The notes below the pieces were generated by a model. It saw only the letters and a list, made by a program, of their open reading frames with translations. It did no database searches and was not told the origin of the DNA. From the NCBI GenBank assembly GCA_964016885.1, contig OZ024741.1:11160001-11224000 (forward strand): DNA of 64,000 bases. Reading direction: 5' to 3'. Both the position numbers and the translations under genes were made by a program. Shown here one piece after another: positions 1 to 15,637 of the stretch (its first letter is position 1; the number at the start of each line of letters is the position of its first letter). This stretch comes from Eledone cirrhosa (Eukaryota).

Positions 1-48
1 TACATATATAATATTAATAAATGGAAACTATCTTTATAAAACCATATT

Positions 49-110
49 TATTTTATTATATATATTTCAAGGGTACCAACATTTTTGGTACGCTCTCATC
101 AGATAAAATA
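49..110 (-). ncRNA. Minimal type I hammerhead ribozyme (left arm of family A)
   Basis: Minus strand reads tattttat CTGATGA gagcgtacc-aaaaatgtt-ggtaccctt GAAA tatata TA ataaaata: 8-bp stem I, intact core and palindromic loop 3. Confidence 0.8.
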
Positions 111-226
111 CAAAAAGTTGTTTTATAGATAGTGACATATCCAAACTTATCGTTTTAAGTTCTGACAGAACTTAAAACGATATGTTCTTGTTTTGGGATA
201 TGTCACTATCTATAAAACAACTTTTG

Positions 227-288
227 TATTTTATCTGATGAGAGTGTACCAAAAATGGTGGTACCCTTAAAATATATATAATAAATAA
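227..288 (+). ncRNA. Hammerhead motif with mutated core (right arm of family A)
   Basis: tattttat CTGATGA gagtgtacc...ggtaccctt AAAA tatata TA ataaaata. G12 is changed to A, so it is probably inactive. Confidence 0.6.
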
Positions 289-418
289 ATATAGTTTTAT
301 AAAGATAGTTTCCATTTATTAATATTATTGATATTATACTCCAAAAGAAAACTGTAGAGTGCTTCGAATCTGTTATAAATATATTTTTTGAATAACCAAC
401 AAATTAAATAACTCTTTG

Positions 419-461
<43 letters not shown>

Positions 462-663
462 ATATATATATAATATATATATATGTCTGTGCGTGTGTGT
501 GTGTGTGTGTGTGTCTGATGGTAGATAATATGCTTCCATAGGCGGTATGCCGGTTGAGAATCAGATAGATCCACACAATGATTGCGTCTCGAGCTGTCCG
601 ACGGCGGAACAATTGTAACACACAATAAATTGAGTTCAGATGCATCACTGATTTTTTGTTTTC

Positions 664-1187
<524 letters not shown>

Positions 1188-1194
1188 ATGTGTA

Positions 1195-1235
<41 letters not shown>

Positions 1236-2038
1236 ATAAAACACAAAACTCTCTATGACAAATCATGTGACTGAAAATCTAAACTATAATAAAGTAAGGA
1301 GTGCGGGTCTGCGTACGGTTTATAATTTTTTATCCCATTAGTAAAATAAGTTGGATTACTTTGAATAAATAATGAATGAATATTACATAATTTATCTACT
1401 AAATTTCGTGGCTATTGATTGAATATATTTTTTTTATTTAAAGTTAACTTCTTTAAAATTTCTGAAATGTCAACATTTCCGGTTGACCATCGCTTAAATA
1501 AACATACTAATTTTATGTCACTAATTTTCTCCTATTGCAGTTTATATATAATATCGTCTTTTTTAATGTATCATGGATTACGTTACTGATTACATAAGAC
1601 AGTGTAACACAGTCTTCGTTCAATTTCTATTTATACTGTCAATTACGATTTTATTTGATGTATCATATCTACATGTATATATACCTGCGTATAATATCAA
1701 TATACACACTACACATGCTAGCAGAAAACCACCCGAAGGGTGATTTTTCTGCTAGTGGTAATAAAGAAACCCCAAACACGAACTGGCGCGAAATTTGATG
1801 TACTTATTCACGTGACAGTCATCAACCAACCAAATTACATTTATAAAAAAAAAACAATTTGAGCCACATTTTTAAAGGCAAATACAATAAAAACTCTGTA
1901 ACGCAAACTGAAGCGAAATATATTATACTTATTCACGTGACAGTCATCAACCAACCTAATTTTTTTTTTTAAACCCAGCAATTCCAGCCACTTTTCCCCC
2001 ATATGAAACAGAAATAATATTCGAATACCAACCAGATG

Positions 2039-2193
2039 CGAGAAAAACCACAAACCATCCATCTCAATTCTACTTTTGAAAAGCATAAGATCTGTGAAAC
2101 CTGTAAAGGAAACAAATAAATATTCTTAAAAAGACTCCAGTTGCATTTTCAATTTCTTTTCCTTATACTGTCATTCGTGTAGGACATCATTTT

Positions 2194-2195
<2 letters not shown>
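2039..2195 (+). mobile_element. Diverged single-arm copy of family B
   Basis: gcgagaaaaaccaca...ttttgaaaagcat...gaaacctgtaaagg...gactccagttgcattttc aligns by eye with 942-1075 and 46282-46490. Confidence 0.7.
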
Positions 2196-2235
<40 letters not shown>

Positions 2236-2532
2236 CTTGATCACCTTGACCGACCAGTCTATCGTGCGCCATTCGACGCCGCTGGTCACAGCACGTGCAG
2301 GTTTAGCCATACGATGACGCCATATATTTATATATTTATATATATATATTTATATATATTTATATATATATATTTGTAGTGGTTAAAAAACGGCAGGTAA
2401 TATCCATAGTTTGTAGAGCAGTCAGTCTCGAGCAGGAATTCGGTAGAGACTTAGTTCCACAACAAATTAGCAAACCATACACCATACTCGAGGTCGCGCG
2501 TTTCACCTATATATATATATACATATATATAC

Positions 2533-4689
<2,157 letters not shown>

Positions 4690-4690
<1 letters not shown>

Positions 4691-4780
4691 ACAATATATG
4701 CATGTGTAGATATGGATGTTATTGTATGTGTGGATGTGGATGTTTTGAGTTGTATGTGTGTATGTGTATATGCTTTGTAC
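4690..4780 (-). mobile_element. Inverted fragment of the 3' UTR of the R4/Dong-like LINE
   Basis: Reverse complement of about 5427-5510 (caaagcatatacac...catccacatccacac...ctacacatgc). Confidence 0.75.
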
Positions 4781-4872
4781 ATATATATATATATATATAT
4801 ACATACACATATATATACTTACATATATATGCTTACATACATATATGCCTACATACATACATGCATACATAC

Positions 4873-5630
4873 ATCATCGTGGTACTATCTACCTATGAGG
4901 CATGATGTAGTGGCCAAATACCTGTACAATGCAATCCGTAGAAAAGATAGCCCCCATAATAAACACATTAAAAGCTACAACAATGTGGAAGACATCCATG
5001 TACATAATATGAAAGAGTACTGGTGGAATGTTCCAGTAAAAACCCCAATAAAATGCAGGCTTAACAGACCAGATATTATGATATGGGACAGGGAGAAGAA
5101 AACATGCACAGTAGTGAAAATTAGCTGCCCAGCAGATGCCAATATAATATCAAAGATTAGCGAAAGGGAGAATATTTATGCAGAACTGATGAGAAATCTG
5201 CAGATACTCCACCCTGATTACACTTTCAGATTTATGCCTGTGATTATTGGGGCACTGGGGTATGTTAGTAACTGCCTCAATACAAATATTGAGAAGCTAG
5301 GCTTCACAGAAACAGAAAGAACAAACTAGTTAGGAAATTACAAGTACAATCCATTAATGGAACAGTAAAAATATGTAAAACTTCCAAAAATTCTGCATCT
5401 AATAACTGCATATACACATGTTCAGATACAAAGCATATACACATGCACACATACAACTCAAAACATCCACATCCACACATACAATAACATCCATATCTAC
5501 ACATGCATGCATGCATACATATCTACCTAGTTGATGTTGTGTAAATTCCAGTGGGAGAGTCTTGTGTCTATGTTAGAAACCGACTCTTTCCGTATTGGGA
5601 AAATTTGTGAAATTATAAAACCAGACGAAC
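4873..5630 (+). mobile_element. R4/Dong-like non-LTR retrotransposon, 3' fragment (restriction-like endonuclease plus 3' UTR)
   Basis: RHD...RPDIMIWD...KY-type RLE motifs. Nearly identical to about 7372-8127. Flanked by (CATA)n on both sides. Confidence 0.85.
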
Positions 5631-5754
5631 ATACATACATACATACATAATGATGGCTGCCCCCTCGTTATCGAGTATGGCCATTGCACGAGGAAAAAAA
5701 ACATACATACATACATACATACATACATACATACATGCATACATACATACAAAC

Positions 5755-8127
5755 ATTACTGGTCCCCAAGTAAAGACACCCACTTGGTAAAAAACTACCG
5801 ACCCATTGCATGCCAGAACCTGATGTATAAGATGTATACAGCCAGCCTGAACCTATTCCTCCAAGATCACTGTGAAAATAATAACATCATCACAGATGAA
5901 CAAGCAGCTGGAAAGAAAGGGGTTTGGGGATGTGCTGAACAACTCCTAATCAACAAAACTGCGATGTCGGAGGTGCGACAACTTAGGAGGAATATGGCTA
6001 CAGTCTGGCTGAATTACAGGAAAGCTTTCGATTCTGTTCCCCACTCTTGGATGATAGAGGCCCTCCAACTTGCTAAAGTCCCAGACATTATTGTCAGAGC
6101 CATAGAGAAGCTGTCTTCTTCTTGGGCTACTATCCTAAGGTTAAAGACAGAGAGGCAGGACTCTATTTTCACTGATAAAATAAAATATTGCAGGGGTGTA
6201 TTTCAGGGAGACAGCCTCTCTATGATATTATTCATCCTGTCATTAAACCCCTTGTCCTTTCTGCTCAAGAAATGTGAAGGATACATCATTGGCTCACACG
6301 AGGACAGAAATACGAACCTAACCGATAATTTCTTTGTGGATGATCTGAAACTCTATGCCAAGAACATGGATGGGATGAAGAAAATCTTGACCTGGTTACA
6401 ACGTTCTCAAAGGATATCGGAATGGAGTTTGGCCAAGATAAATGCTCATACATGACTGTAAAGCGGGGAAAAACAACAACCCAATCTAGCAACATTGTCA
6501 TCAATGGTCTAACTGTTTCACCGATATCTGATGAGGACTGCTACAGATACCTGGGGATAGATGAGAACATATCCTATAAAGGTATCTGTAATAAAGAACG
6601 CGTAACCAGGGAATACTACACCCGATTAAGAAAGATCTGGTCATCGGAACTCTCTGCGCAAAACAAAACAGTGGCTCACAATGTGTTTGCTGTGCCTGTC
6701 CTAACACCAACGTTTGGAATACTCAATTGGACGATAGACGAAATCCGAGCAGTTGATGTTGGAACTCGAAAAATACTGAACAACACCGGAAACTTCCACA
6801 TCAACAGTGACATAGACCGCCTTTACTTGAAACGTAAGCAGGGAGGCAGAGGCCTAACATCAGTCCAGACAACATTTGAATGTCGCATCATTTCTCTCCG
6901 ACAACATCTACGAACCTCGAAGCGTAGGAGCCCGCTTCTCGAGCAAGTCTATCTGCATGAAACAGATAAGATCATGAGAGTTGGGAAGGAACTCTTCGAG
7001 AGATATTCCCTGTGTGATAATCAAAAACTCACACCCAGGGAAGTCACTCAGCAGTATCGCAGTGAATCCATGGATGTAAAACTGCATGCTTATCAGCAAA
7101 AAATCATGTATGGATATGTTGCCAGGAAGCTCCAGAGTGAGAGTAATATAGATAAGGAAAGTAGTCTATCTTGGACCAACAACCGCTATATTGGCTCCCA
7201 CTTTGAAGGATACGCTTTTGCAATCCAAGAACAGGAAATCAACACGAAATACCTGATTCACAAAAGAGATAGGGATGCAGGCAAAACACCTAGATGTGAT
7301 AACAAGTGCAGCCTCTGCAGAATTAACATCAAAGATGTCACCCATGTCATAAGAAGCTTCTCCAAAGATGTCATCGCGGTACTATCTACCTATGAGGCAT
7401 GATGTAGTGGTAAAAACAATGTACAATGCAATCCGTAGAAAAGATAGCCCCCATAATAAACACATTAAAAGCTACGGGCAATATGGAAGACATACATATA
7501 CATAATATGAAAGAGTACTGGTGAAATGTTCCAGTAAAAACCCCTATAAAATGCAGGCATAACAGACCAGATATAATGATATGGGACAGGGAAAAGAAGG
7601 CATGCACAGTAGTGGAAATTAGCTGCCCAGCAGATGCCAATATAATATCAAAGATTAGCGAAAAGGAGAATATTTATGCAGACCTGATGAGAAATCTGCA
7701 GATACTCCACCCTGATTACACCTTCAGATTTAGGCCTGTGATTATTGGGGCACTGGGTTATGTTAGTAACTGCCTCAATACAAATCTTGAGAAGCTGGGC
7801 TTCACAGGAACAGAAATAACACAACTAGTTAGGAAATTACAAGTACAATCCATTAATGGAACAGTAAAAATATGTAAAACATTCCAAAAATGTTGCATCT
7901 AATAACTGCATGTACACATGTACAGATACTAAGCATATACACATGCACACATATAACTCAAAACATCCACATCCACACATACAATAACATCCATACCTAC
8001 ACATGCATGCTGACATACATATCTACCTAGTTGATGTTGTGTAAATTCCAATGAGATAGTCTTGTGTCTATGTTAGAAACCGACTCTCTATTGGGAAACA
8101 TTTGTGAAATTATAAAACCAGAAGAAC
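5755..8127 (+). mobile_element. R4/Dong-like non-LTR retrotransposon, 5'-truncated (RT, CCHC-like, RLE)
   Basis: NYRPIAC, KAFDSVPH, GVFQGDSLS, FFVDDLKLY, YLG, CSLC...H and RPDIMIWD...VEISCP. Several frameshifts and stops. Ends aaaaccagaagaa followed by (CATA)n. Confidence 0.9.
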
Positions 8128-8848
8128 ATAAATACATACAAACATAAATACATACATACATATATACATACATACATACATACATACATACATACATACA
8201 TACATTCATACATAAAATCAGAAGAACATACATACATACATCAGTAAGAAATAGGTTTGTCAACACCAAAATAAAGTTAAGTCGTCAAAATTCCACCATA
8301 ACAAGAATGGCTGCCAGCGGGAGGGTGGGGAGTGAAGGGTAAGCATTGATGGGGGGCTAAAGATAGGGTGAGGAGTGGAGGGGGCATTGTTGGGGGGATG
8401 GGGTAAAGATGGGGTGGGGTGGAGGGGAAGCAATGATTGGTAAAGATAGGGGGTCGTTGAAGAAGTCACTCTTTTGTGGTATTTACATGTCAAGAACAGA
8501 ATTAAGATATTTTCAGTCCCAAGACACTATCTCTCACACTCTACTTATAAATATGTGTGTATGTCTGTGTATGTGTATGTCTGTGTGTGTGTGTCTGTGT
8601 CTTTGTGTTTGTTTATATATTTATATATATATATGTGTGTGTGTGTGTTTGTATATGTATATAGAGTTAAAGAAATGACAACAGAAACTGAGAGATGCAA
8701 AAACACAAAGTCTTATTAGTAACACGGTTAGGAGGAAGTGGAAACACACACACACACGCGCGCACACACACACCTATACACACACGCACACGCACACGCA
8801 CACACAGGCACGCACACAGACACGCACACACACACACACATACACACT

Positions 8849-8881
<33 letters not shown>

Positions 8882-8882
8882 T

Positions 8883-9001
8883 TGTTTTGCGAGGTAATAT
8901 GTGAAATCGTGTGTCGAAACAAATATTGTTATACTTGGGGAGGGTCATATTGTTGTAATAGTATTATTACAACAATATGACCCTCCCCAAGTATAACAAT
9001 A
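8883..9001. repeat. Short fold-back repeat
   Basis: atattgttatacttggggagggtcatattgttgtaata followed by its reverse complement (8923-9001). The arm sequence recurs at about 12212-12238 and 40433-40458. Confidence 0.7.
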
Positions 9002-9595
9002 TATATATATTTCCCTCTTATGTCGTAATTGATTAAAATAAGCGCATCAAAGGGATAGCAAAGCTATTTGAGAGAGAAAGAGGAAGAGAGAGAGAGAGTG
9101 GGAGTGGGTGTGAGAGAGAGTGAGAGAGAGTGAGAGAGAAAGAGAGCGAGCGGGGGGTGATAGAGTGAGAGGGAGAGGGGGTGAGAGAGTGAGAGAAAGA
9201 GGAAGGTCCGATAATGTCCCAAGAAGCCGGCAGTCAGAATTGATCTTAAAATAGTGAAGTAATGGAAATATATTGTGAGACCATGATGTGGTCTTCCGTC
9301 GGTTACAACGATCACTGCTCCACTTGTTAGACCGACGGAATACCCTTCTCACGGTATTAACGTGTAAATGTCTGGGTATTCCACAGACATGTTAATATTT
9401 TAACTAATTCTCAGGAAGATTCAGCAGGACTTATCGTGTGACAAAGTTAGACTCTTGAATTAAACACAATCCATCTAACAGGTCTCCAAACAAATCCAAC
9501 GTTACTCGAGTGTGTAGCTTGGAAATGAGAGAGTCACTCCAGGTAGAGCCGCTACTTCTCCAAATTGAGAGATCACAGCTCTGATAGGATCGAGC

Positions 9596-9830
9596 TTTGT
9601 TTCGTGTCCTTCAGCAAGACACTTTATTTCACGTTGCTCCAGTTTACTCAGCTGTAGAAATGATTTGCAAGATCACTGGTGCCAAGCTGTATCAGCCATT
9701 GCCTTTCCCTTGGAAAACATCAGTGGCGTGGAGAAGGGTGACTGGTATACATGAGTGACTGCTGGTCTTCCACAAACAACCTTGTATGGAATTGTGCCTT
9801 GGAAGAGAGTTTTATAGGTGAAAACCCATA
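9596..9830 (+). mobile_element. SINE body fragment (CORE-like central domain)
   Basis: gtgtccttcagcaagacactttatttcacgttgctccagtttactcagctgtagaaa is shared with the SINEs at 41907 and 49164. Confidence 0.7.
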
Positions 9831-10032
9831 TATGTATATATAACTTGTCTCTACCTGTTTTCTTATGTCCCAATGTGCACTGGGATGCACGGTACAAACG
9901 TTAATTTACTGAAACTGTAGTGATTTCCAGGGGTTGACTCAGGAGCTGGGACTGTCCGCCTTTCCGCTGTTGTTTTCCATTGTCTTCGTTCTGTGCGGTC
10001 CCTATTTTCAATATATATATATATATATATAC

Positions 10033-10190
10033 GATATTAAACAAATGGAAACTATATTTATAAAACCATATTTATTTCGTTATATATATTTCTGGGATAT
10101 CATATTAAAAATATGGTATGCCTTCCTCAGACAAAATACAATACATAAGCTGTTTTATAAATAATTAGTGACATACCTTGTAATAATGCA
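10033..10190 (-). mobile_element. Diverged single-arm copy of family A with hammerhead (10073-10138)
   Basis: Minus reads tattttgt CTGAGGA aggcatacc...gatatccca GAAA tatata TA acgaaata. Stem I has a compensatory G-C pair relative to the other copies. Confidence 0.7.
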
Positions 10191-10458
10191 ACTTCCTTTT
10201 AAAAAGTTGATTTGGTAGTGAAACTGTTATGATAGTTATATAGAAAGAAAACGAAGATGAGAAGAAGAAGATGAAGAGATGTATGTAAATAAAAAAAGGG
10301 AAGAAGATGAAGAGATGTATGCAAAGAAAAACAACGGAGCGAGATAGAGAGACAAGGAGAGAGAGAAATACATTGATGGTGAAAAACATAGTAGGCTGCT
10401 TTTATATCAGTTATAAAATATTTACTCGTTGTAACCCAACAATCTTAAATAAAACTTT

Positions 10459-10505
<47 letters not shown>

Positions 10506-10738
10506 CCTAGAACAACATGATTGCCATGCCAGTGATTATATTTGAAAACAAAAATAGGATGGTCCCAGCTGGAGCGGCATCGACTATAAATGTGATCGAA
10601 TCTAGCCAGGGGCTAAACAACATAGGATTCCGATCTGGTGTCTCCCACAATCCTCTATGACAACCTAATCGGTTAAACTGCCAACTTCAATCTATATATT
10701 ACAATATTTACTGTGGAATCTCTTAAATGTTTCCTTAC

Positions 10739-10784
10739 TTTCAGGAGTAGATGTTATCCATTGTGGATAGATGGATGAATGGTT
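10739..10784 (-). CDS. Candidate 46-nt internal exon of an unidentified host gene
   Basis: Minus reads tttcctttctcttctag|AACCAT...CCTGAAA|gtaagg, with strong acceptor and donor. Open frame NHSSIYPQWITSTPE. No homology recognised. Confidence 0.35.
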
Positions 10785-11135
10785 CTAGAAGAGAAAGGAA
10801 ACAGTTGTAAATTCCTTAAAGAATGTATCTACGTCAGTTTATATAAATTCTTCTTCCAAGTAGGAACCATTTTAGTCCATAAAATATTCCAGTAAACAGT
10901 GACACAGCCTCAGTACGCTGGAAATAACAGCCAAATCTCCATCAAATCACATATACAAATACACACACACACATATATATTGCATGAAAACCACCTTCGT
11001 CAATCGTTTTATTTCTTCTTTAATTTCGCAATCTATTTTCTAACGAAACGTTAAGACTCTTTGCCTGTTATCGAGCGTAAAAGTAATAATATATGTCTTC
11101 ATTGTACTGCGTCATTTGCTTAGTTATTTCTTTTT

Positions 11136-11347
<212 letters not shown>

Positions 11348-11348
11348 T

Positions 11349-12130
11349 AGTAAGTAAGTTAATTTTATAATTTTCTTATCTTACGTCTCTTATATTATTG
11401 TTCTGCAACCCCATGCATTGAACCACAATGTTATTAAGACAAAACCTATATATTTGCTAGCATCGATATGCATTTGTATGTATATATATGTTACTAGATA
11501 TAAATTCTTTATTATTATCTCCAAAATATTTGTCGAGCAATACTGGCCATGACTGCTGCTACGGTAGCAGGCTGGCCGCTGTCTTATTAACAACCCACTT
11601 TCCACCGATTGACCTCGATGTCACGTGTTCGATTCTTTTTGAATTTGCCACAGACACAGAGGCAGTGATTTTCTCAATGGCTAGGAAGTAAGTCCACGCT
11701 TTGCTATTTCCTATTCACTGATTTATTTTTAATAAGCTTCCAGTGTCCTCGCTTTGCCTGGAAACTTATATGAGAATTGACTTTCCTGATGACGGGATGT
11801 TTCTCTACACCTTCTTCGGAAGATGTATCTACTCCATTCCAGAAACTAATTAGTTGGAAGTGATATTTTAGTAAGTAAGTTAATTTTATAATTTTCTTAT
11901 CTTACGTCTCTTATATTATTGTTCTGCAACCCCATGCATTAAACCACAATGTTATTAAGACAAAACCTATATATTTGCTAGCATCGATATGCATATGTAT
12001 GTGGGTTCGACTCCCATGTGCGTCAATACTCATCTTTTTCCATTTCTACGAGGGTTCTTAATCCCACTATCAGGCTAAATAATTTCTTTAATTTCTTTAG
12101 TCAAAATACACCGATAGCTTACATTTCTAA
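11349..12130 (+). mobile_element. Non-coding element with about 130-bp direct repeats and an internal hammerhead (PLE pseudo-LTR or retrozyme-like)
   Basis: 11349-11480 is repeated at 11870-12001. Hammerhead at 11780-11861. Flanked by (TA)n. Confidence 0.65.
11780..11861 (+). ncRNA. Type I hammerhead ribozyme with extended stem II
   Basis: actttc CTGATGA cgggatg...cattcca GAAA ctaattag TT ggaagt: 6-bp stem I and palindromic loop CTAATTAG. Confidence 0.65.
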
Positions 12131-12339
12131 TAATATATATATATATATATATATATTTCGTTTCTGAATTTATTTAGCAAGATTCTTTATCTGAAAACGT
12201 GTGTTTAAACCGATATTGTTATGCTTTGGGAGGGTCATGTTGCCAATAAGAAACACACGCACCAGTTGCTTTCACTTCAATTTATTATAAATTAAATTTA
12301 TAAATTTAGGAATTTATAAATTTATGAATTTATAAATTT

Positions 12340-14367
12340 CCGGTTGGTTAATTGGTTCCACAACCAGACGATTGTTCATATATTGTCAAAGTTCTTTCGT
12401 CACACATTCTGTGACCTCTTCAGTGACTGGGGATTCTTTTCTTTGTTTGTGTGCCTCTCCTTTGTTCTGTCCTACGCCATCTTGTTTTTGTGTGCGTGTT
12501 GTGTGCTTAGTTTGCGCATGTGTTACATCCGGGTGTCTGTGTGTGTTTATATTTGTTTATTTGTTTATTTGCATGTTACTGCTTGGTTGTTTGTTCTATG
12601 TGTGTGTGTGTTTTCATTTTGTCCTTAATTGTAAGTTGTGATGTTGCTGTTCCATTCATGTTTTCTATTTAATTTTGGTTGGAGTTCATTTATGTTTATT
12701 GCCTCTGTGATTTGTCTAAACATTGCGTCTTTTCTATATACTCTGATTTTCTCTCTCTGATTGTAACCAGAGAACTGCATACGGTGGATGAAGTGTTGTA
12801 TGTGTCTCTCTAGTTATTTGGGGTTGCACATGCGGGACACGTTTCTCAATACCCATACCAAATCCGCAATCAGTATGTTGATTTTGGAATGGTCCGAAAG
12901 AGCTGAGTTTCGGTGGATCAGATATTTGGAAGTCATGGGTTTGGCATAATGGGAATGGAGGATTTGTTTTTTGTTATTAATGGTATCTAACCAGAGCTCT
13001 GTGTCTAGTACAGGTAATCGTTGGTTGGGGTGTTTGCTTGGGTAATCTATAGTAACTCTAATACTCTGGTGGATGAAGTCAGCTATTTGCTGGATGCTTT
13101 CCATGGTGTTTTTCTCTAATTCCTGACTGTTCTCTAGTGGGGGTGTTTTTACTACGATGTTTATATCATCAACGTAGCGGGAGTACATTATCAGGGTTAA
13201 GAGGTTGCTGTCTTCTAATTGTTCTTTAAGTTTAAGTTTAAGTCTACTGTCCCACCATACCATGAATAGGTTAGCTATGTCATCTGCAATGCTAACACCA
13301 ATGGCTGCTCCCTACTCTTGGGCATATGTTTTTCCATTAAATTTGAACATATGTTCCTTAAGGGTTAATTTTATACTGGCCCCCACCGCATGTGCAATCA
13401 TTTTCTTTAGTTCATCGTGGTTTTCGGGGATCCGTATGGCTCTGGTCCACCCGTTCCATCTATCTGTGTGGGTTTTCTTGGCCATTGAGGTAATGGTGGG
13501 TGGTCTGCCTCTTGCTGGTCTTGTGGGGCACGGGTTGCTAAGGTCATATGTATCTAGATAATCATTACTATAGGTAAGTTTAAGTAGGAGTCCCAGCTCA
13601 CTGGTATCAATCCCACGGAATTCAACATTGCTCTCACTGATCATTTCTACGGATTTCTCCACAGCAAAATCCACGTCAATAGATGGATAGAGGGACACAA
13701 ATCCATACTACCTATTATGCAGTTTGTTAGGTCCCTAAATCGGTTACTCTCGCTGATTCTGCTCAGGAGGTCCTCCGTGCTGTCACATATATCTGGGGAC
13801 ATTTCAATGATGGGGCGTATGATCAGGGAGAGGAAGTAGGAAAGTCTGTAGTTACTAGCGATGTTAGCTCCACAGACTGGTCGTGTTGGTGGTCCTGTGA
13901 CAGGGTCACTGCTCGTTCTATGGTCTTTTCGAAGCCCATACAACGCTGGTACGTCATTGTTCCTGGCCTGGAAGTTGTTGGCAGTCCTTTTGTTGGGCTG
14001 CATTATATTTGTCCACATCATCATATGGGCATTGAGGGTTTTTTCCCTATCCTCATGCTCTTGTGGTGTTACTTCTCTTGTGTTAGTGATGTGGGGTTGC
14101 ATTGCCTGGATGTAGTTTGACAGACTGTCAACCGACATTCTGCCAGAAAGCATGCAATCTCTCCATTACGCGAGCGCTGCATGATTTTTCTCCCAGTTGC
14201 TGGGCCTCCATTCTATTTTGCTTCTTGCTATACTGTTCTATAATATTTCTAAGTTTAGATCTAGCTATACTAAATTGTGCTTTTGCTTGTTCATCGACCT
14301 GCGACGGCAATTGGGTGCGTTTGTTAAAAGCTAAAGTCGTGGCGTGGACTCGTCGTACGTCGAAGGA

Positions 14368-14370
<3 letters not shown>
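12340..14370 (-). mobile_element. Penelope-like element, decayed, with most of the endonuclease deleted
   Basis: LYGLRKDH, PTRPVCG, SLYPSID, GAAIG, YSRYVDDI and HYAKPM motifs. The RT thumb joins directly to the C-terminal RQITEAININELQPKLNRKHEW. Confidence 0.85.
12385..12427 (-). ncRNA. Minimal hammerhead motif in the PLE 3' repeat
   Basis: Minus reads gtca CTGAAGA g gtcac-agaatgt-gtgac GAAA gaac TT tgac, with one unpaired extra base before stem II. Confidence 0.6.
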
Positions 14371-14419
<49 letters not shown>

Positions 14420-14423
<4 letters not shown>

Positions 14424-14781
14424 GGTCGAAGAAGAAGGCTCTCCATCTAATTCGCTTAATGAACTCGTCTTTACGTCTGGTGAGTGTTTTTAAGTATTGT
14501 TTCCTTGAAGGGATCGGGATGTTCTTCATGGAGACATCAAGGTCGAGTTTGGTCACCATGGTTTCTTGGTGATCGTGAAGAGGGCCACAAAGAGTGCTAG
14601 AAGATAAGTTTATCCTGGTTCAATCGGGGGTAACCACAGTAAGTAAGGTACTCAATACGAAGCAGAGTATGAATATTTAATATAGAAAAGGACCCCCGAT
14701 TGAACCCGGGATAAACTTATCTTCCAGGACTCTTTGTGTCCCTCTTAACCATCACCAAGAAACCATGCTGACCAAACTCGA

Positions 14782-14783
<2 letters not shown>
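14420..14783 (-). mobile_element. 5' fragment of a PLE (Naiad-like N-terminus) with inverted duplication
   Basis: Peptide MKNIPIPSRKQYLKTLTRRKDEFIKRIRWRAFFF. 14541-14630 is inverted at about 14693-14783. The ggtaaccacagtaagtaaggtactcaatac module recurs at about 52270 and 57441. Confidence 0.6.
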
Positions 14784-14830
<47 letters not shown>

Positions 14831-14934
14831 ATATTTGTGTGTGAGTGTGTGCGTATGTGTATGTGTGTGTACCTATGTATGCGTATGCTTAAACAATTAC
14901 AACACTCACCATTACTAGACTTTTTCTACGCCCA

Positions 14935-15160
14935 CCTCTTTCTCCTCTCTTTCTTCTCCCTTTCTACATTTCTTCCCTCTCTCCCTATCTCCCACCTCTC
15001 CCCCTCCCCCCCCTCTCTCTCTCCATCTCTCCCCCTCTCTATCTCTCCCTATCTCCCCCTCCCCCTTTCCCCCCTCTCTCCCTCTCTCTCTTCCTCTCCC
15101 CCTCTCTCTCCCAATCTTCCCTACTCTCATCATCCTCTCTCTCGTTCACTCCCCCCTCTC
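14935..15160. repeat. CT-rich low-complexity tract
   Basis: Almost pure pyrimidine run. Confidence 0.9.
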
Positions 15161-15359
15161 CATGGCATCGTTATATTTCCATCTTAACAATAAGTATCTA
15201 TGTGTCAGTTCCAAGGTACCATTGTGTTAAGACCAGGTAGACACAGTAAAACGGCATCAGTAAAATTGGCGTGAAACTACGAGATGATGTGACACTAATG
15301 ACGATATTTCATTTCCGCTTTCCGCTTAAATATAAGATTAGCAATTTTTTATAATAATG

Positions 15360-15404
<45 letters not shown>

Positions 15405-15637
15405 TTTTCTTTATTAACCACAAGGGTTTACATAAAGTAGACATTAAGGACAATACAGAACGGTACAAATGGGCATTTCTGCGTGTAAAAAAAACAGAGG
15501 ATGTAATAAAATAACAAAGAAAGATTCCCCAATAGGGGGGAGACTTCCGAGGGACATTTGTGGAGAAAGCCCATTAAAAGACCACAGTGACCCTGACCAC
15601 CAGGGCAAGTGCCCTCTCCCAGTTTTCCACCTTTAAT

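Larger units (their letters stand above)
9..420. mobile_element. Fold-back non-autonomous PLE-derived element, family A (about 315-bp hairpin plus about 95-bp tail) in (TA)n
   Basis: About 10-160 is the reverse complement of about 165-325, followed by an unpaired tail to 420. A homologous copy lies at 56090-56511. Each arm carries a hammerhead motif. Confidence 0.8.

Noticed and set aside
1718-1756. Stem-loop resembling a terminator
   Set aside because: Eukaryotic repeat context with no associated gene. Likely part of another small fold-back element.
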